Source: Alkalilimnicola ehrlichii MLHE-1
GTDB taxonomy: Bacteria; Pseudomonadota; Gammaproteobacteria; Nitrococcales; Halorhodospiraceae
Reading direction: 5' to 3'
Length of the DNA stretch: 32,000 bases
Assembly: GCF_000014785.1 (NCBI RefSeq)
Contig: NC_008340.1
Coordinates: 390,001 to 422,000, forward strand
Part shown: in pieces, positions 7,779-17,987 of the stretch
How positions within the stretch are numbered: the stretch's first letter is position 1
How the letters are laid out: every line of letters starts with the position of its first letter
The notes under the pieces: model-generated
Seen by the model: only the letters and a program-made list of their open reading frames with translations
What the model was told of the DNA's origin: nothing
Database searches by the model: none
Program-made: the position numbers and the translations under genes

Positions 7779-9461
7779 ATGACGGCGGCTCGAACAGACA
7801 AACCACAGCAGGGATCCACCCAGTCGAAGGCGCGCCTTTTTACCTCGCTGGCGGCGATCACCACGGTGCTCACCGCGCTGGTGATCGGCCTGACCCTGCA
7901 CCTGCAGGCGGCCGACCGGGGGCAGCTGGCGGCCGGCCAGGGTCTCGAGGTGGAGCTGCTGGAGCTTCGTGACCAGGCGGCGCGCGCCGGGCGCGGCGAC
8001 CCGGTGGAGGTGGCCCGGCTGGAACAGGCGCTGGCCGATGTCAGGGGCCATGCCGACACCCTAACGTCGGTCGACCCGGTGGCCGGATACGGCGCCCCGC
8101 CGGCGCTGGTGCAGGCCCGTCGCACGGTCAGCGAGGGCCTGCCGGCGGTCACGTCGGCCGGCGAGCGGCTGTTGAGCCGGCTGGCTGGCGCCGCGGGCCA
8201 GGAGGCGCCGGACTTGGCGGTGCGGGAGGTTGCCCGGGAGTTGCTCCGCACCAGTGACCAGCTCCGCGAGCCCGCCGGCGAACTCAGTACCCGGTTGCGG
8301 CAACGGGCCGATGACCGCTGGCTGCAGCCGGCGCTGGCGGGCGGACTGGGCGGCATCACACTGATTCTGCTGGCCAGCGCCGCGCTCTTCTCTACCCGGG
8401 TGTTCCGCGAGGTGCTGGCGGCCCGCGCCGAGGATAAGCGACGGGTGGACGAGGAGTCGCGGCGCAACCAGGAGGCCATCCTCAAGCTGCTCGACGAGCT
8501 CGAGGACCTGCGCGAGGGGGACCTGCGCACCCAGGCCTCCGTGGGCGAGGAGATCACCGGCGCCATCGCCGACGCCTTCAACGACGCCATCGACAACCTG
8601 CGCAGCCTGGTGGCCACCATCAACCGCACCGCCGAGCAGGTCTCCGCCTCCGCCGAGCAGACCCAGGCCACCGCCACCCGGCTCGCCGAGGCCTCCGGCC
8701 AGCAGGCCCAGCAGATCAGCAGCGCCTCCACCGCCATCGAGGACATGGCCCAATCCATCGACGAGGTCTCCCGCAACGCCGAGGAGTCGGCGCGGGTCGC
8801 CCAGCAGGCGGTGAATATCGCCACCAAGGGGGCGGAGACGGTGCGGGCCACCATCGAGGGCATGGACACCATCCGCGAGCAGATCCAGGAGACCGCCAAA
8901 CGCATCAAGCGCCTGGGTGAGTCCTCCCAGGAGATCGGCAACATCGTCGAACTGATCAACGACATCTCCGATCAGACCAATATCCTCGCGCTCAACGCCT
9001 CCATCCAGGCCGCCATGGCCGGCGAGACCGGGCGCGGGTTCGCGGTGGTTGCGGACGAGGTGCAGCGCCTGGCCGAGCGCTCGGGCAACGCCACCAAACA
9101 GATCGAGGCATTGGTCAAGACCATTCAGACCGACACCAACGAGGCGGTGCTGTCCATGGAGCAGAGCACCGCCGGGGTAGTGGAGGGGGCGCAGCTCGCC
9201 GAAAACGCCGGCGATGCCCTGCGCGAGATCGAATCCGTCTCCACTGACCTGGCGGCGCTGATCCAGAGCATCTCCCGGGCCTCCCGCCAGCAGGCCAATG
9301 CCGCGGCCAACGTCTCGGACACCATGAAGGTCATCCAGGGGATCACCGACGAGACCTCGGCGGGCACCCGGGAGACGGCCGACTCCATCGGAAACCTCAC
9401 GGCGCTGGCCAGCGATCTGCGCAGCTCCGTGGCCGGGTTCAAACTGCCGGACCATGACTGA
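7779..9461 (+). CDS. pilJ: methyl-accepting chemotaxis-type receptor PilJ
   Basis: 560-aa ORF. Two TM segments (LAAITTVLTALVIGLTL and GGITLILLASAALF) flank a roughly 150-aa periplasmic region. The cytoplasmic signalling domain has the invariant hairpin IGNIVELINDISDQTNILALNASIQAAMAGETGRGFAVVADEVQRLAERS. Confidence 0.9.
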   Translation: MTAARTDKPQQGSTQSKARLFTSLAAITTVLTALVIGLTLHLQAADRGQLAAGQGLEVELLELRDQAARAGRGDPVEVARLEQALADVRGHADTLTSVDPVAGYGAPPALVQARRTVSEGLPAVTSAGERLLSRLAGAAGQEAPDLAVREVARELLRTSDQLREPAGELSTRLRQRADDRWLQPALAGGLGGITLILLASAALFSTRVFREVLAARAEDKRRVDEESRRNQEAILKLLDELEDLREGDLRTQASVGEEITGAIADAFNDAIDNLRSLVATINRTAEQVSASAEQTQATATRLAEASGQQAQQISSASTAIEDMAQSIDEVSRNAEESARVAQQAVNIATKGAETVRATIEGMDTIREQIQETAKRIKRLGESSQEIGNIVELINDISDQTNILALNASIQAAMAGETGRGFAVVADEVQRLAERSGNATKQIEALVKTIQTDTNEAVLSMEQSTAGVVEGAQLAENAGDALREIESVSTDLAALIQSISRASRQQANAAANVSDTMKVIQGITDETSAGTRETADSIGNLTALASDLRSSVAGFKLPDHD

Positions 9462-12400
9462 TTCCGCCGCCATCCACCGCAGCGGCCTGGGCTGGGTCCG
9501 CCACGAGCTCAGGGAGGCCCTGCGCCAGGCCGCCGATGCCCTGGAGTGCGCCAGCGAGGACCGGGAGGCGGTGGACGACCTGGAGGCCTCGCTCGAGGCG
9601 CTGCGCCACGTCCGTGGTGTGCTCGCCCTGCTCGGCCTGGAGGGCGGTCAACGGCTGGTCGAGGCGATGGAACAGTTGACCTCCCGGCTGCTGGACGAGG
9701 CGATCGCGGAACCGGCGCCGGCGCAGGAGGCGCTGATGGGGGCGCTGCTGCAACTGCCGGACTACCTGGAGCAGGTGCAGTCCGGGCGCCTGCGCGACCA
9801 CCCGGTGCACCTTCTGGGGCTGATCAACCGGCTGCGTCAGGCGGGTGGCGAGCCGCCTCTGTCGGCCAGCGCCTGGTTCCGCCCGGACCCGGCAGCGGAC
9901 GGCGGGGAGGACCAACGGGCCCATGAGGGCGAGCCCGGCGGCGAGCGCCTGGCCGCTGCGGCGCGGCGACTGCGCGCGCCCTACCAGCGGGCCCTGCTGG
10001 GCGTCCTGCGGGCCGAGCAACCGCAGGCGGACCTGGGGCGGTTGCGTGCCGTTCTCGATGAGCTGGACCGGGCCTGCACGGACGATCAACAGGGCGCGCT
10101 CTGGTGGATCGCCGGGGGGGTGGTGGAGGCCCTGGAGCAGGGCCTGCTGACCCTGGATCAGTCCCTGCGCCTGCTGCTCGGGCGGGTCGACCGCGAACTG
10201 CGCCGGGTGGCCGACACCGGGCAGGACGACCAGGGCGGCGAGGCCCGCGCCGGGCTCCTGCGCGAGCTGCTCTACCACATCGCCCGGGCCCGACCGGAGA
10301 CGGAACGGCTCCGGGCCATCGCGGAGCGGTACCGGCTGGAGGAACAGCTCCCGCCGGCGACCGAGGCCGGGCCACAGGGCCTCAACGGCGAGGTGATGGA
10401 GGCGGTGGCCGGCGTGCTGCGCGAGGAGATCGCCTCGGCGAAGGATGCCCTGGACCTTTTCGCGCGCTCAAATGGTGAGGACACCGAGCGGCTGGATTCC
10501 CTGCAGACCCTGCTGGAGCCGTTGGCCCATACCCTGGACACCCTGGGGCTGGAGCCCGCGGTCCGCGAGGTGCGGGAGCAGATGGCTACCGTTGACGCCA
10601 TCCGCGGCGGCGAGCGGCCGGCCGATGAGGGCAGCCTGGACCAGGTGGCGCGCGCCCTGCTCTACGTGGAGGCCGCGCTGCAGGGGCGGGTCGAGCACAT
10701 CACCGGGGCCGGCCCGGCGCGGGCCGCCACCCGTGTCCAGGCACCGGGGGAAGCGCCCGGAGAGACCGAACAGACCGTGTTCGAGGCCGAGTACCGCCAG
10801 GCGCTGGCGCAGGCGCTGGACGAGGCGCTGAACGGCTTCGAACGCATCGAGCAGGCGCTCACCCGCTACATCGATAACGCCGATCACGATGCCCTCAGGG
10901 AAGCGGGCGACAGCCTGGAGGAGGTCGGCGGGCTGTTGCGCGTGGTCGGGCTGGAACGGGCCGATGCGGCCCTGCGCCGGCTGGTGCAGGCGATCCGGGA
11001 CGGCCTGGCGCCTGCGGAGGCCGGCTTACTGGAACCGCTGGCGGAGGCCGTCACCGGACTGGAATACCACCTCCAGGGGATCGCCGAGGACCGGGCGGAC
11101 CGTGACGCCGCCCTGGCCGTGGCCGAGGCGGCGGCGGAGCGCCTGAGCGAGGCCGTGCCGGCGACCGGGGCGGTGGACGAAGCGGCCGCGGAGACCGGCG
11201 GCGAGCCGGTTGGGCCCCCGGATGCCGAGACCGCGGCGGACACCGCCCCGGCCCCAGAGGAAGAGGCGCCGGCGGCGGACATCCCGGTCACCGAGGAGCC
11301 CATCGAAGCGGAGCCGATTGGAGCGGAGCCCGCAGCAGAGGAGCCTGCAGCAGAGGCACCGGCAACGGAGGGGCCCGCGTCGGCGCCCCCGGCCGCCACG
11401 CGCCAGCAGGCCGGCACCCCGGACCCCCAGGTGCCGGCCCTGGCCGAGGATTCGGACCCGGAGATCGTTGAGATCTACCTGGAGGAAGTCGGCGACCTGG
11501 CCGGCCCCCTGCGCGAGTCCTTCCAGCGCTGGCACCGCAACCCCGACGATCACGACGCCCTGGTGGAGACCCGGCGCGCCTTCCACACCCTGAAGGGCAG
11601 CGGCCGGCTGGCGGGCGCCCTGCTCATGGGCGAGATGGCCTGGGCGGTGGAGAACCTCCTCAATCGGGTCACGGCCGGCAAGCTCACCCCCGGGCCGGAT
11701 CTCTTTGCCGTGGTGGCGGAGGCGCTCGATCACCTCCCCGGACTGGTGGCCCACCTCCGGGACGGGACAGCGCCGCCGGCCGGGGTGCGGCCGCTGATCC
11801 GGCGCGCCGCGGTGCTGGCCGATCCCGCTCTGGACGACTGGCTGCCCCCGGTGGCGGCCGAACCGGCGCCGGTGGTCCCGCCATCGGAGGAGGCGTTGGC
11901 CGAGAGCGGGTCGGAGGCGGAAGAGGAGGAGCCGGAGACGGCCGTGTCCGACGAGCCCCGCGAGCCCACGGAACCGACAGAAGCAGCGGCGCCCCAGGAA
12001 CAGGACGTGGATCCGGCGCTGCTCGAGATCTTCCATACCGAGAGCGAGACCCATCTGGCCACCGTCCGCGAGTTCGTCGGACGCTGCCATACCGAGGGGC
12101 AATGCGAGATCGGTCAGGGGTTGAACCGGGCCCTGCACACCCTGGTGGGGAGCGCGCGGACCGCCGGCATCGACGGTATGGCGCGCTTGGGCCGGGCGCT
12201 GGAGACCCTCGCCCGCCACCGGATGGAACTGCGGCAACCGCTGAGTCCGGCCGAGGTGGATGCCTTCAGCCGGGGCGTGGACCTGCTGCACCGCTACGTC
12301 GAGGGCGCCGGGGTGGCGAGCGCCGAGCAGCCGGACGACGAGGCCGATGAGCTGATCCGGGAGCTGGCGGACCTGGAGGCCGAGAGCGCGGCGGGATCGG

Positions 12401-14958
12401 CCATGGAACTCGACGACGAAGAGGCGGCCCGGCGCTGGACCGCCAGCGACGGCATGGATCCGGACCTGGTGGCGCTGTTCACCGAGGAGGCCGAGGACCT
12501 GCTCGGCTTTCTCGAGACCACCATTCACGACTGGGCCTCGGGCGCGGGCGGCGAAGGCGCCCTGCGGGAGGTCCACCGCTCACTGCACACCCTCAAAGGC
12601 GGTGCCCGGCTGGCCGGCTTCCGGGCCATTGGCGATCTCTGCCACGCCCTGGAGTCCAGGGCCGCCGAGGTGGCCGGGGCCCCCCAGAGCGCCGATGCGG
12701 CCTATTTCTCCCTGCTCAACGCCGGCCTGGATCGCCTGGCGGAGATGACCGAGGAGGTCAAGCAGGGCTACTGGCCGCAGGCGGACGAGGCCCTGCTGCG
12801 CCGGGTCCGTGGCGAGGGGCCGGCCTCGCCCCAGGCGGAGGCGCCCGAGACGGAAGCGCCCCAGGCGGAGGAGCCTGCGACGCAGCTACCCGAGCCGGAG
12901 GAACCCGAGGCCGAGACCGCCGGGCCGGCCCCTGTCGAAGCCCCGCAGCCTCCGGCCCCAGAGCCAACGGTGGAGACCGCGGAGCCCCCCCCGCCGGCAG
13001 AACCCCTCGCCGACGAGGCCCCGGTCTACGAGGCGGAGTCGACCCCGCCCGAACCGGAGGCCGCGGAGCGTGCCGGGGAACAGCCGCGCGTGGCGCACCA
13101 GGACGCGGTGCGGGTGCGCGCGGAGCTGCTGGATCAGCTGGTCTCCTACGCCGGCGAGGTCAGCATCGTTCGGGCCCGCCTGGAGCAGAACAGCGGCGCC
13201 CTGCGCTTCAACCTCAATGAACTGGACGAGACGGTCAACCGTCTGCGCCGGCAGTTGCGCGACCTGGAGATCGAGACCGAGGCGCAGATCCTCTACCGCT
13301 TCAACCGCGACCAGGAGGATGCCCGCCGGGCGGAATTCGACCCTCTGGAACTGGACCGTTTCTCCCACATCCAGGAGCTCTCCCGCGCGCTGGCGGAGAG
13401 CGTCTCTGATTTGAGCAACCTCGAGGAGATGCTCGGCTACCTGGCCCGCGAGTCCGAGTCCCTGCTCACCGACCAGGCCCGGCTCAACGCCCAGGTGCAG
13501 GATGGACTGATGCGCACCCGCATGGTGCCCTTCGCCAACCTGCTGCCGCGGTTGCGCCGGATCATGCGCCAGACCGCGCAGGAGCTGGGCCGAAAGGCCG
13601 AGCTGAAGCTGCTGGGCAGCCAGGGGGAGCTGGATCGCACCGTGCTCGAGCGGCTCACCCCGCCGCTGGAGCACATGCTGCGCAACGCCCTTTCCCACGG
13701 CATCGAGCCGCCGGAGGAGCGCCGGGCGGCGGGCAAGGCGGAGACCGGCACCGTCTCGCTGGATGTCTACCGCGAGGGGGCGGACATCGTGGTCACCGTC
13801 AGCGACGATGGCCGCGGCATCGACCCGGACGCCATCCGCGCCAAGGCCGAGGCCGCCGGTCTGGTGCGCCCGGACGATTCGCTCAGCCGAAAGCAGGCCC
13901 TGCGGCTGATTCTGGCCTCGGGCCTGTCCACCGCCGAGTCGCTGACCCAGGTGGCGGGGCGCGGTGTGGGGATGGATGTGGTGGACACCGCCATCCGTGA
14001 GCTGGGCGGTAACCTGGAGATCGAATCCGAGCCGGGCGCGGGCAGTACCTTCACCATCCGGCTGCCCTTCACCCTGGCGATCAACCACGCCCTGCTCTGC
14101 GAGGTGGGCGATCAGGTCTACGCCATCCCGCTGTCTAGCATCGAGGGGGTGGCGCGCATGGACCGGCAGGAGGCGCTGCAGCAGCTCGCCGATCCCGAGG
14201 GGGCCCGGTACGAGTTTGCCGGCCAGCGTTACGACCTGCGCAGCCTGCAGGTGCTGCTGGGGGGTGGCCGGGCGCAGTGGCCGGCCGGGGGGCGGCCGGT
14301 GCACCTGCTGCTGGTCAACGCCGGGCGCAGGCGCCTGGCGCTGCAGGTGGATGCCATCCGTGGCAACCAGGAGATCGTGGTCAAGTCGGTGGGGCCGCAG
14401 ATCAGTGCCGTGCCCGGGATCTACGGCGCCACGGTGATGGCAGACGGCCGCGTTATCCTCATTCTCGATGTCTCCGCGCTGGCCCGGATGGACGCCGAGC
14501 AGGCCGCCGTGCCGCACTGGCTGCCGGAGGCCGAGGCGGTGCCGGAGCGGGACACCGAGCGGCCGTTGGTCATGGTGGTGGACGACTCCATCACCATGCG
14601 CAAGGTCGCGACCCGCCTGCTGGAGCGCAACCACATGGACGTGGTCACCGCCCGCGATGGCATGGAGGCGCTGACCCGGCTGGAGCAGCAGGTGCCGGAC
14701 GTCATGCTGTTGGACATCGAGATGCCGCGCATGGACGGCTTCGAGCTGGCCACGCACATGCGCAATCAGCCGGAGTTCAGTGAGGTGCCGATTATCATGA
14801 TCACCTCCCGGGTCGGTGACAAACACCGCCGCCGCGCCGAGGACATCGGCGTCCAGCGCTACATGGGCAAGCCGTACCAGGAGAGCGAACTGCTCGCGGC
14901 CATCCGCGAACTGGTGGAGGGCCGTCGTCCGCAGGATGAGGAGGAGCGCCCGTCATGA
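9454..14958 (+). CDS. chpA: hybrid CheA-type histidine kinase ChpA/PilL (multi-Hpt, kinase core, CheW domain, C-terminal receiver)
   Basis: 1834-aa ORF. Three canonical Hpt sites: FHTLKGSGRLAG (His codon 11584-11586), LHTLVGSARTAG (12136-12138), LHTLKGGARLAG (12586-12588). Kinase core with HMLRNALSHGIE, DDGRGID and GRGVGMD. CheW-like segment ALLCEVGDQVYAIPLSSIEG. Receiver VMVVDDSITMRK...MLLDIEMPRMDGFE...ITSR. Overlaps the pilJ stop by 8 nt. Confidence 0.9.
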   Translation: MTDSAAIHRSGLGWVRHELREALRQAADALECASEDREAVDDLEASLEALRHVRGVLALLGLEGGQRLVEAMEQLTSRLLDEAIAEPAPAQEALMGALLQLPDYLEQVQSGRLRDHPVHLLGLINRLRQAGGEPPLSASAWFRPDPAADGGEDQRAHEGEPGGERLAAAARRLRAPYQRALLGVLRAEQPQADLGRLRAVLDELDRACTDDQQGALWWIAGGVVEALEQGLLTLDQSLRLLLGRVDRELRRVADTGQDDQGGEARAGLLRELLYHIARARPETERLRAIAERYRLEEQLPPATEAGPQGLNGEVMEAVAGVLREEIASAKDALDLFARSNGEDTERLDSLQTLLEPLAHTLDTLGLEPAVREVREQMATVDAIRGGERPADEGSLDQVARALLYVEAALQGRVEHITGAGPARAATRVQAPGEAPGETEQTVFEAEYRQALAQALDEALNGFERIEQALTRYIDNADHDALREAGDSLEEVGGLLRVVGLERADAALRRLVQAIRDGLAPAEAGLLEPLAEAVTGLEYHLQGIAEDRADRDAALAVAEAAAERLSEAVPATGAVDEAAAETGGEPVGPPDAETAADTAPAPEEEAPAADIPVTEEPIEAEPIGAEPAAEEPAAEAPATEGPASAPPAATRQQAGTPDPQVPALAEDSDPEIVEIYLEEVGDLAGPLRESFQRWHRNPDDHDALVETRRAFHTLKGSGRLAGALLMGEMAWAVENLLNRVTAGKLTPGPDLFAVVAEALDHLPGLVAHLRDGTAPPAGVRPLIRRAAVLADPALDDWLPPVAAEPAPVVPPSEEALAESGSEAEEEEPETAVSDEPREPTEPTEAAAPQEQDVDPALLEIFHTESETHLATVREFVGRCHTEGQCEIGQGLNRALHTLVGSARTAGIDGMARLGRALETLARHRMELRQPLSPAEVDAFSRGVDLLHRYVEGAGVASAEQPDDEADELIRELADLEAESAAGSAMELDDEEAARRWTASDGMDPDLVALFTEEAEDLLGFLETTIHDWASGAGGEGALREVHRSLHTLKGGARLAGFRAIGDLCHALESRAAEVAGAPQSADAAYFSLLNAGLDRLAEMTEEVKQGYWPQADEALLRRVRGEGPASPQAEAPETEAPQAEEPATQLPEPEEPEAETAGPAPVEAPQPPAPEPTVETAEPPPPAEPLADEAPVYEAESTPPEPEAAERAGEQPRVAHQDAVRVRAELLDQLVSYAGEVSIVRARLEQNSGALRFNLNELDETVNRLRRQLRDLEIETEAQILYRFNRDQEDARRAEFDPLELDRFSHIQELSRALAESVSDLSNLEEMLGYLARESESLLTDQARLNAQVQDGLMRTRMVPFANLLPRLRRIMRQTAQELGRKAELKLLGSQGELDRTVLERLTPPLEHMLRNALSHGIEPPEERRAAGKAETGTVSLDVYREGADIVVTVSDDGRGIDPDAIRAKAEAAGLVRPDDSLSRKQALRLILASGLSTAESLTQVAGRGVGMDVVDTAIRELGGNLEIESEPGAGSTFTIRLPFTLAINHALLCEVGDQVYAIPLSSIEGVARMDRQEALQQLADPEGARYEFAGQRYDLRSLQVLLGGGRAQWPAGGRPVHLLLVNAGRRRLALQVDAIRGNQEIVVKSVGPQISAVPGIYGATVMADGRVILILDVSALARMDAEQAAVPHWLPEAEAVPERDTERPLVMVVDDSITMRKVATRLLERNHMDVVTARDGMEALTRLEQQVPDVMLLDIEMPRMDGFELATHMRNQPEFSEVPIIMITSRVGDKHRRRAEDIGVQRYMGKPYQESELLAAIRELVEGRRPQDEEERPS

Positions 14959-15515
14959 GCGAGTCGAGCGGACCGGATCACCCCGGGGCGGCGGCGCCCA
15001 CCGGCCGCGAGGCGGCCGGGTCCGACCTGATCCCGGGTATGCGGGTGGATGCAGACCAGACCGAGCTGCTGCTGCCCGGGGCGGTGGTGGCCGAGGTGAT
15101 CGCCTGGGTGACACCGCTGGCCTACCCCCAGGAGGTGCCCGAGTGGTTGTTGGGGGCCTTCGACTGGCGGGCGATGCGACTGCCGCTGGTCGCGGTGCAA
15201 TGCTTGGCCGAGGGGGTGGCCGCCCCGGAACCGGGGCCGGCCAGCCGCATCGTCGTGGTCAAGGGGCTCAAGCACCACCGGGACCTGCCCTTCTACGGCA
15301 TCGCGGCCGAGGACATCCCGCAGCTGGTGGCGATCCGCCCCGGCAATGTGCGCGACCCGGAAGACGATGAACCGCGGGCGCAGGACCTGCCGGGCCGGCC
15401 GGTGATGGTGGGGGGCGCCCCCGGCCTGATTCCTGACCTGACCGCGGTGGAGGACCGGCTGATGGCGGTATTGCCGGCGGCGGGGGAGACCCCGATGGAC
15501 GGCGAAGCGGACTGA
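14955..15515 (+). CDS. chpC: CheW-like protein ChpC
   Basis: 186-aa ORF with an ATGA overlap with the chpA stop. Weak but recognisable CheW pattern (LLLPGAVVAEVI...PEWLLGAFDWRAMRLPLVAV). Position equals chpC of the Pseudomonas cluster. The symbol is assigned by position, so it is less certain. Confidence 0.65.
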   Translation: MSESSGPDHPGAAAPTGREAAGSDLIPGMRVDADQTELLLPGAVVAEVIAWVTPLAYPQEVPEWLLGAFDWRAMRLPLVAVQCLAEGVAAPEPGPASRIVVVKGLKHHRDLPFYGIAAEDIPQLVAIRPGNVRDPEDDEPRAQDLPGRPVMVGGAPGLIPDLTAVEDRLMAVLPAAGETPMDGEAD

Positions 15516-15544
15516 CCGCCAGCCGGTCGCGGCACCGGGCGCCG

Positions 15545-16287
15545 TCAGCCGGCCAGGTCGCCGTGGAGCAACTGCAGGGCCGCCAGGGCCGTGATGCCGG
15601 CGGTCTCGGTGCGCAGGATACGCGGGCCCAGACCGACGGGTTCGGCGCCGGCCTCGCAGGCCCGGGCCACCTCGGCGTCGGACAACCCCCCCTCCGGGCC
15701 GATCAGCAGCCAGGCCCGTCGTAATTCGGGGTGGGCGTCGGCAAGGGCCCGCAGGGAGCGCCCGCCCGGGGTCAGCACCAGCCCCTGACCCGCCTCCCCC
15801 CCGGCCAGTTCCGGCCAGACCTCGGCCAGGGGGCGGGGCGGTGCCACCTCCGGCACCCGGTTACGCCCGCACTGCTCGCAGGCGGCCACCGCCACCCGCT
15901 GCCAGTGCTGACGCCGCTTTTCCCGGCGCCGCGCCTCCAGCCGTACGACCCCATTGTCGGTGAAGACCGGCACGATGCGCCGCACCCCCAGCTCCACCGC
16001 CTTCTGCACGGTGAAGTCCATGCGCTCGCCGCGGGCCACGCCCTGGACCAGGGTGAGCGCCAGCGGTGATTCGCGCTCCACCGGGTGGTGACCGAGGAGG
16101 GCCAGGCGCGCCTCGCGCCGCTCCAGCGCCTCCAGCCGAGCCCGGTACTCGCCGCCGCGACCGTCGAAGAGCACCAGTTCGTCGCCGGGGCGCAGCCGGA
16201 AGGCCTTTAGGTGCTGGGTCGTCTCCGCCGGCAGGGTCAGTGTCGCACCCGCCGCCAGCGGGGTGTCCACGTGGATGCGTGCGCGGC

Positions 16288-16291
<4 letters not shown>
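15545..16291 (-). CDS. rsmE: 16S rRNA (uracil1498-N3)-methyltransferase RsmE
   Basis: Track ORF 15545..16801 trimmed to the ATG at 16291 (MSRARIHVDTPL...). RsmE blocks LVQGVARGERMDFTVQKAVELGV, LLIGPEGGLSDAEV and LGPRILRTETAG. ATGA overlap with the bioA stop. Confidence 0.88.
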
Positions 16292-17637
<1,346 letters not shown>

Positions 17638-17686
17638 GGGTATCGTTTTGGGGTTGGCGTGGGTGTGAGTGTGAGATTGTTGTGTC

Positions 17687-17814
17687 GGGGCTTCGTGGGG
17701 GTGTGGGTCGGGGGAGCGGGGGCTTCCGTTACGGATACGCTGCAAGTACGTCCCTGTAGCTCGTAGGCGGCATCCCTGCCGCCTACGATCCGTAACGGAA
17801 GCCCCCGCTCCCCC
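17687..17814 (-). repeat. structured palindromic repeat, copy A (G-run tract 17687-17714; 27-bp arms 17710-17736 and 17788-17814; 51-nt core 17737-17787)
   Basis: Arms GGGGGAGCGGGGGCTTCCGTTACGGAT and ATCCGTAACGGAAGCCCCCGCTCCCCC are perfectly complementary. The core holds an 11-bp hairpin at 17762-17787 with a 4-nt loop, which reads GGGA on the minus strand. The strand given is only relative orientation, defined as the strand on which the loops read GGGA. Confidence 0.9.
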
Positions 17815-17987
17815 TGTCATCCGTTTGGGGCCGGGGTGTCCCCGATGCCGTCTCCTTCGTTAGCCCTACTCCTCTCGGCGCTGGTGATGCGCACGCAGAC
17901 ACGCCGGTGCCCCCAGCTATCTGTTCGCCGCCTTGCATTGGGAGGGGGACACTCAAAGGAATGACACCGGCGCCAATCATGTGTCGT

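Noticed and set aside
7127-9473. Long minus-strand ORFs (612 aa at 7127..8965 and 470 aa at 8061..9473) opposite pilI/pilJ
   Set aside because: They are low-complexity Ser/Ala/Arg/Gly-rich translations that run antisense to a gene with unmistakable MCP homology. Long stop-free antisense frames are expected in GC-rich DNA. No motifs were recognised.
11026-14826. Minus-strand ORFs of 516 aa (11026..12576) and 646 aa (12886..14826) opposite chpA
   Set aside because: These are antisense to a kinase whose Hpt, HATPase, CheW and REC motifs are all in the plus frame. Their composition is Gly/Arg/Leu/Pro-rich with no recognisable domain, so they are GC-bias artefacts.
15516-15544. Small hairpin GACCG-CCAGC-CGGTC between convergent chpC and rsmE as a terminator
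   Set aside because: It has only a 5-bp stem and no T-tract on either strand, which is too weak to call.
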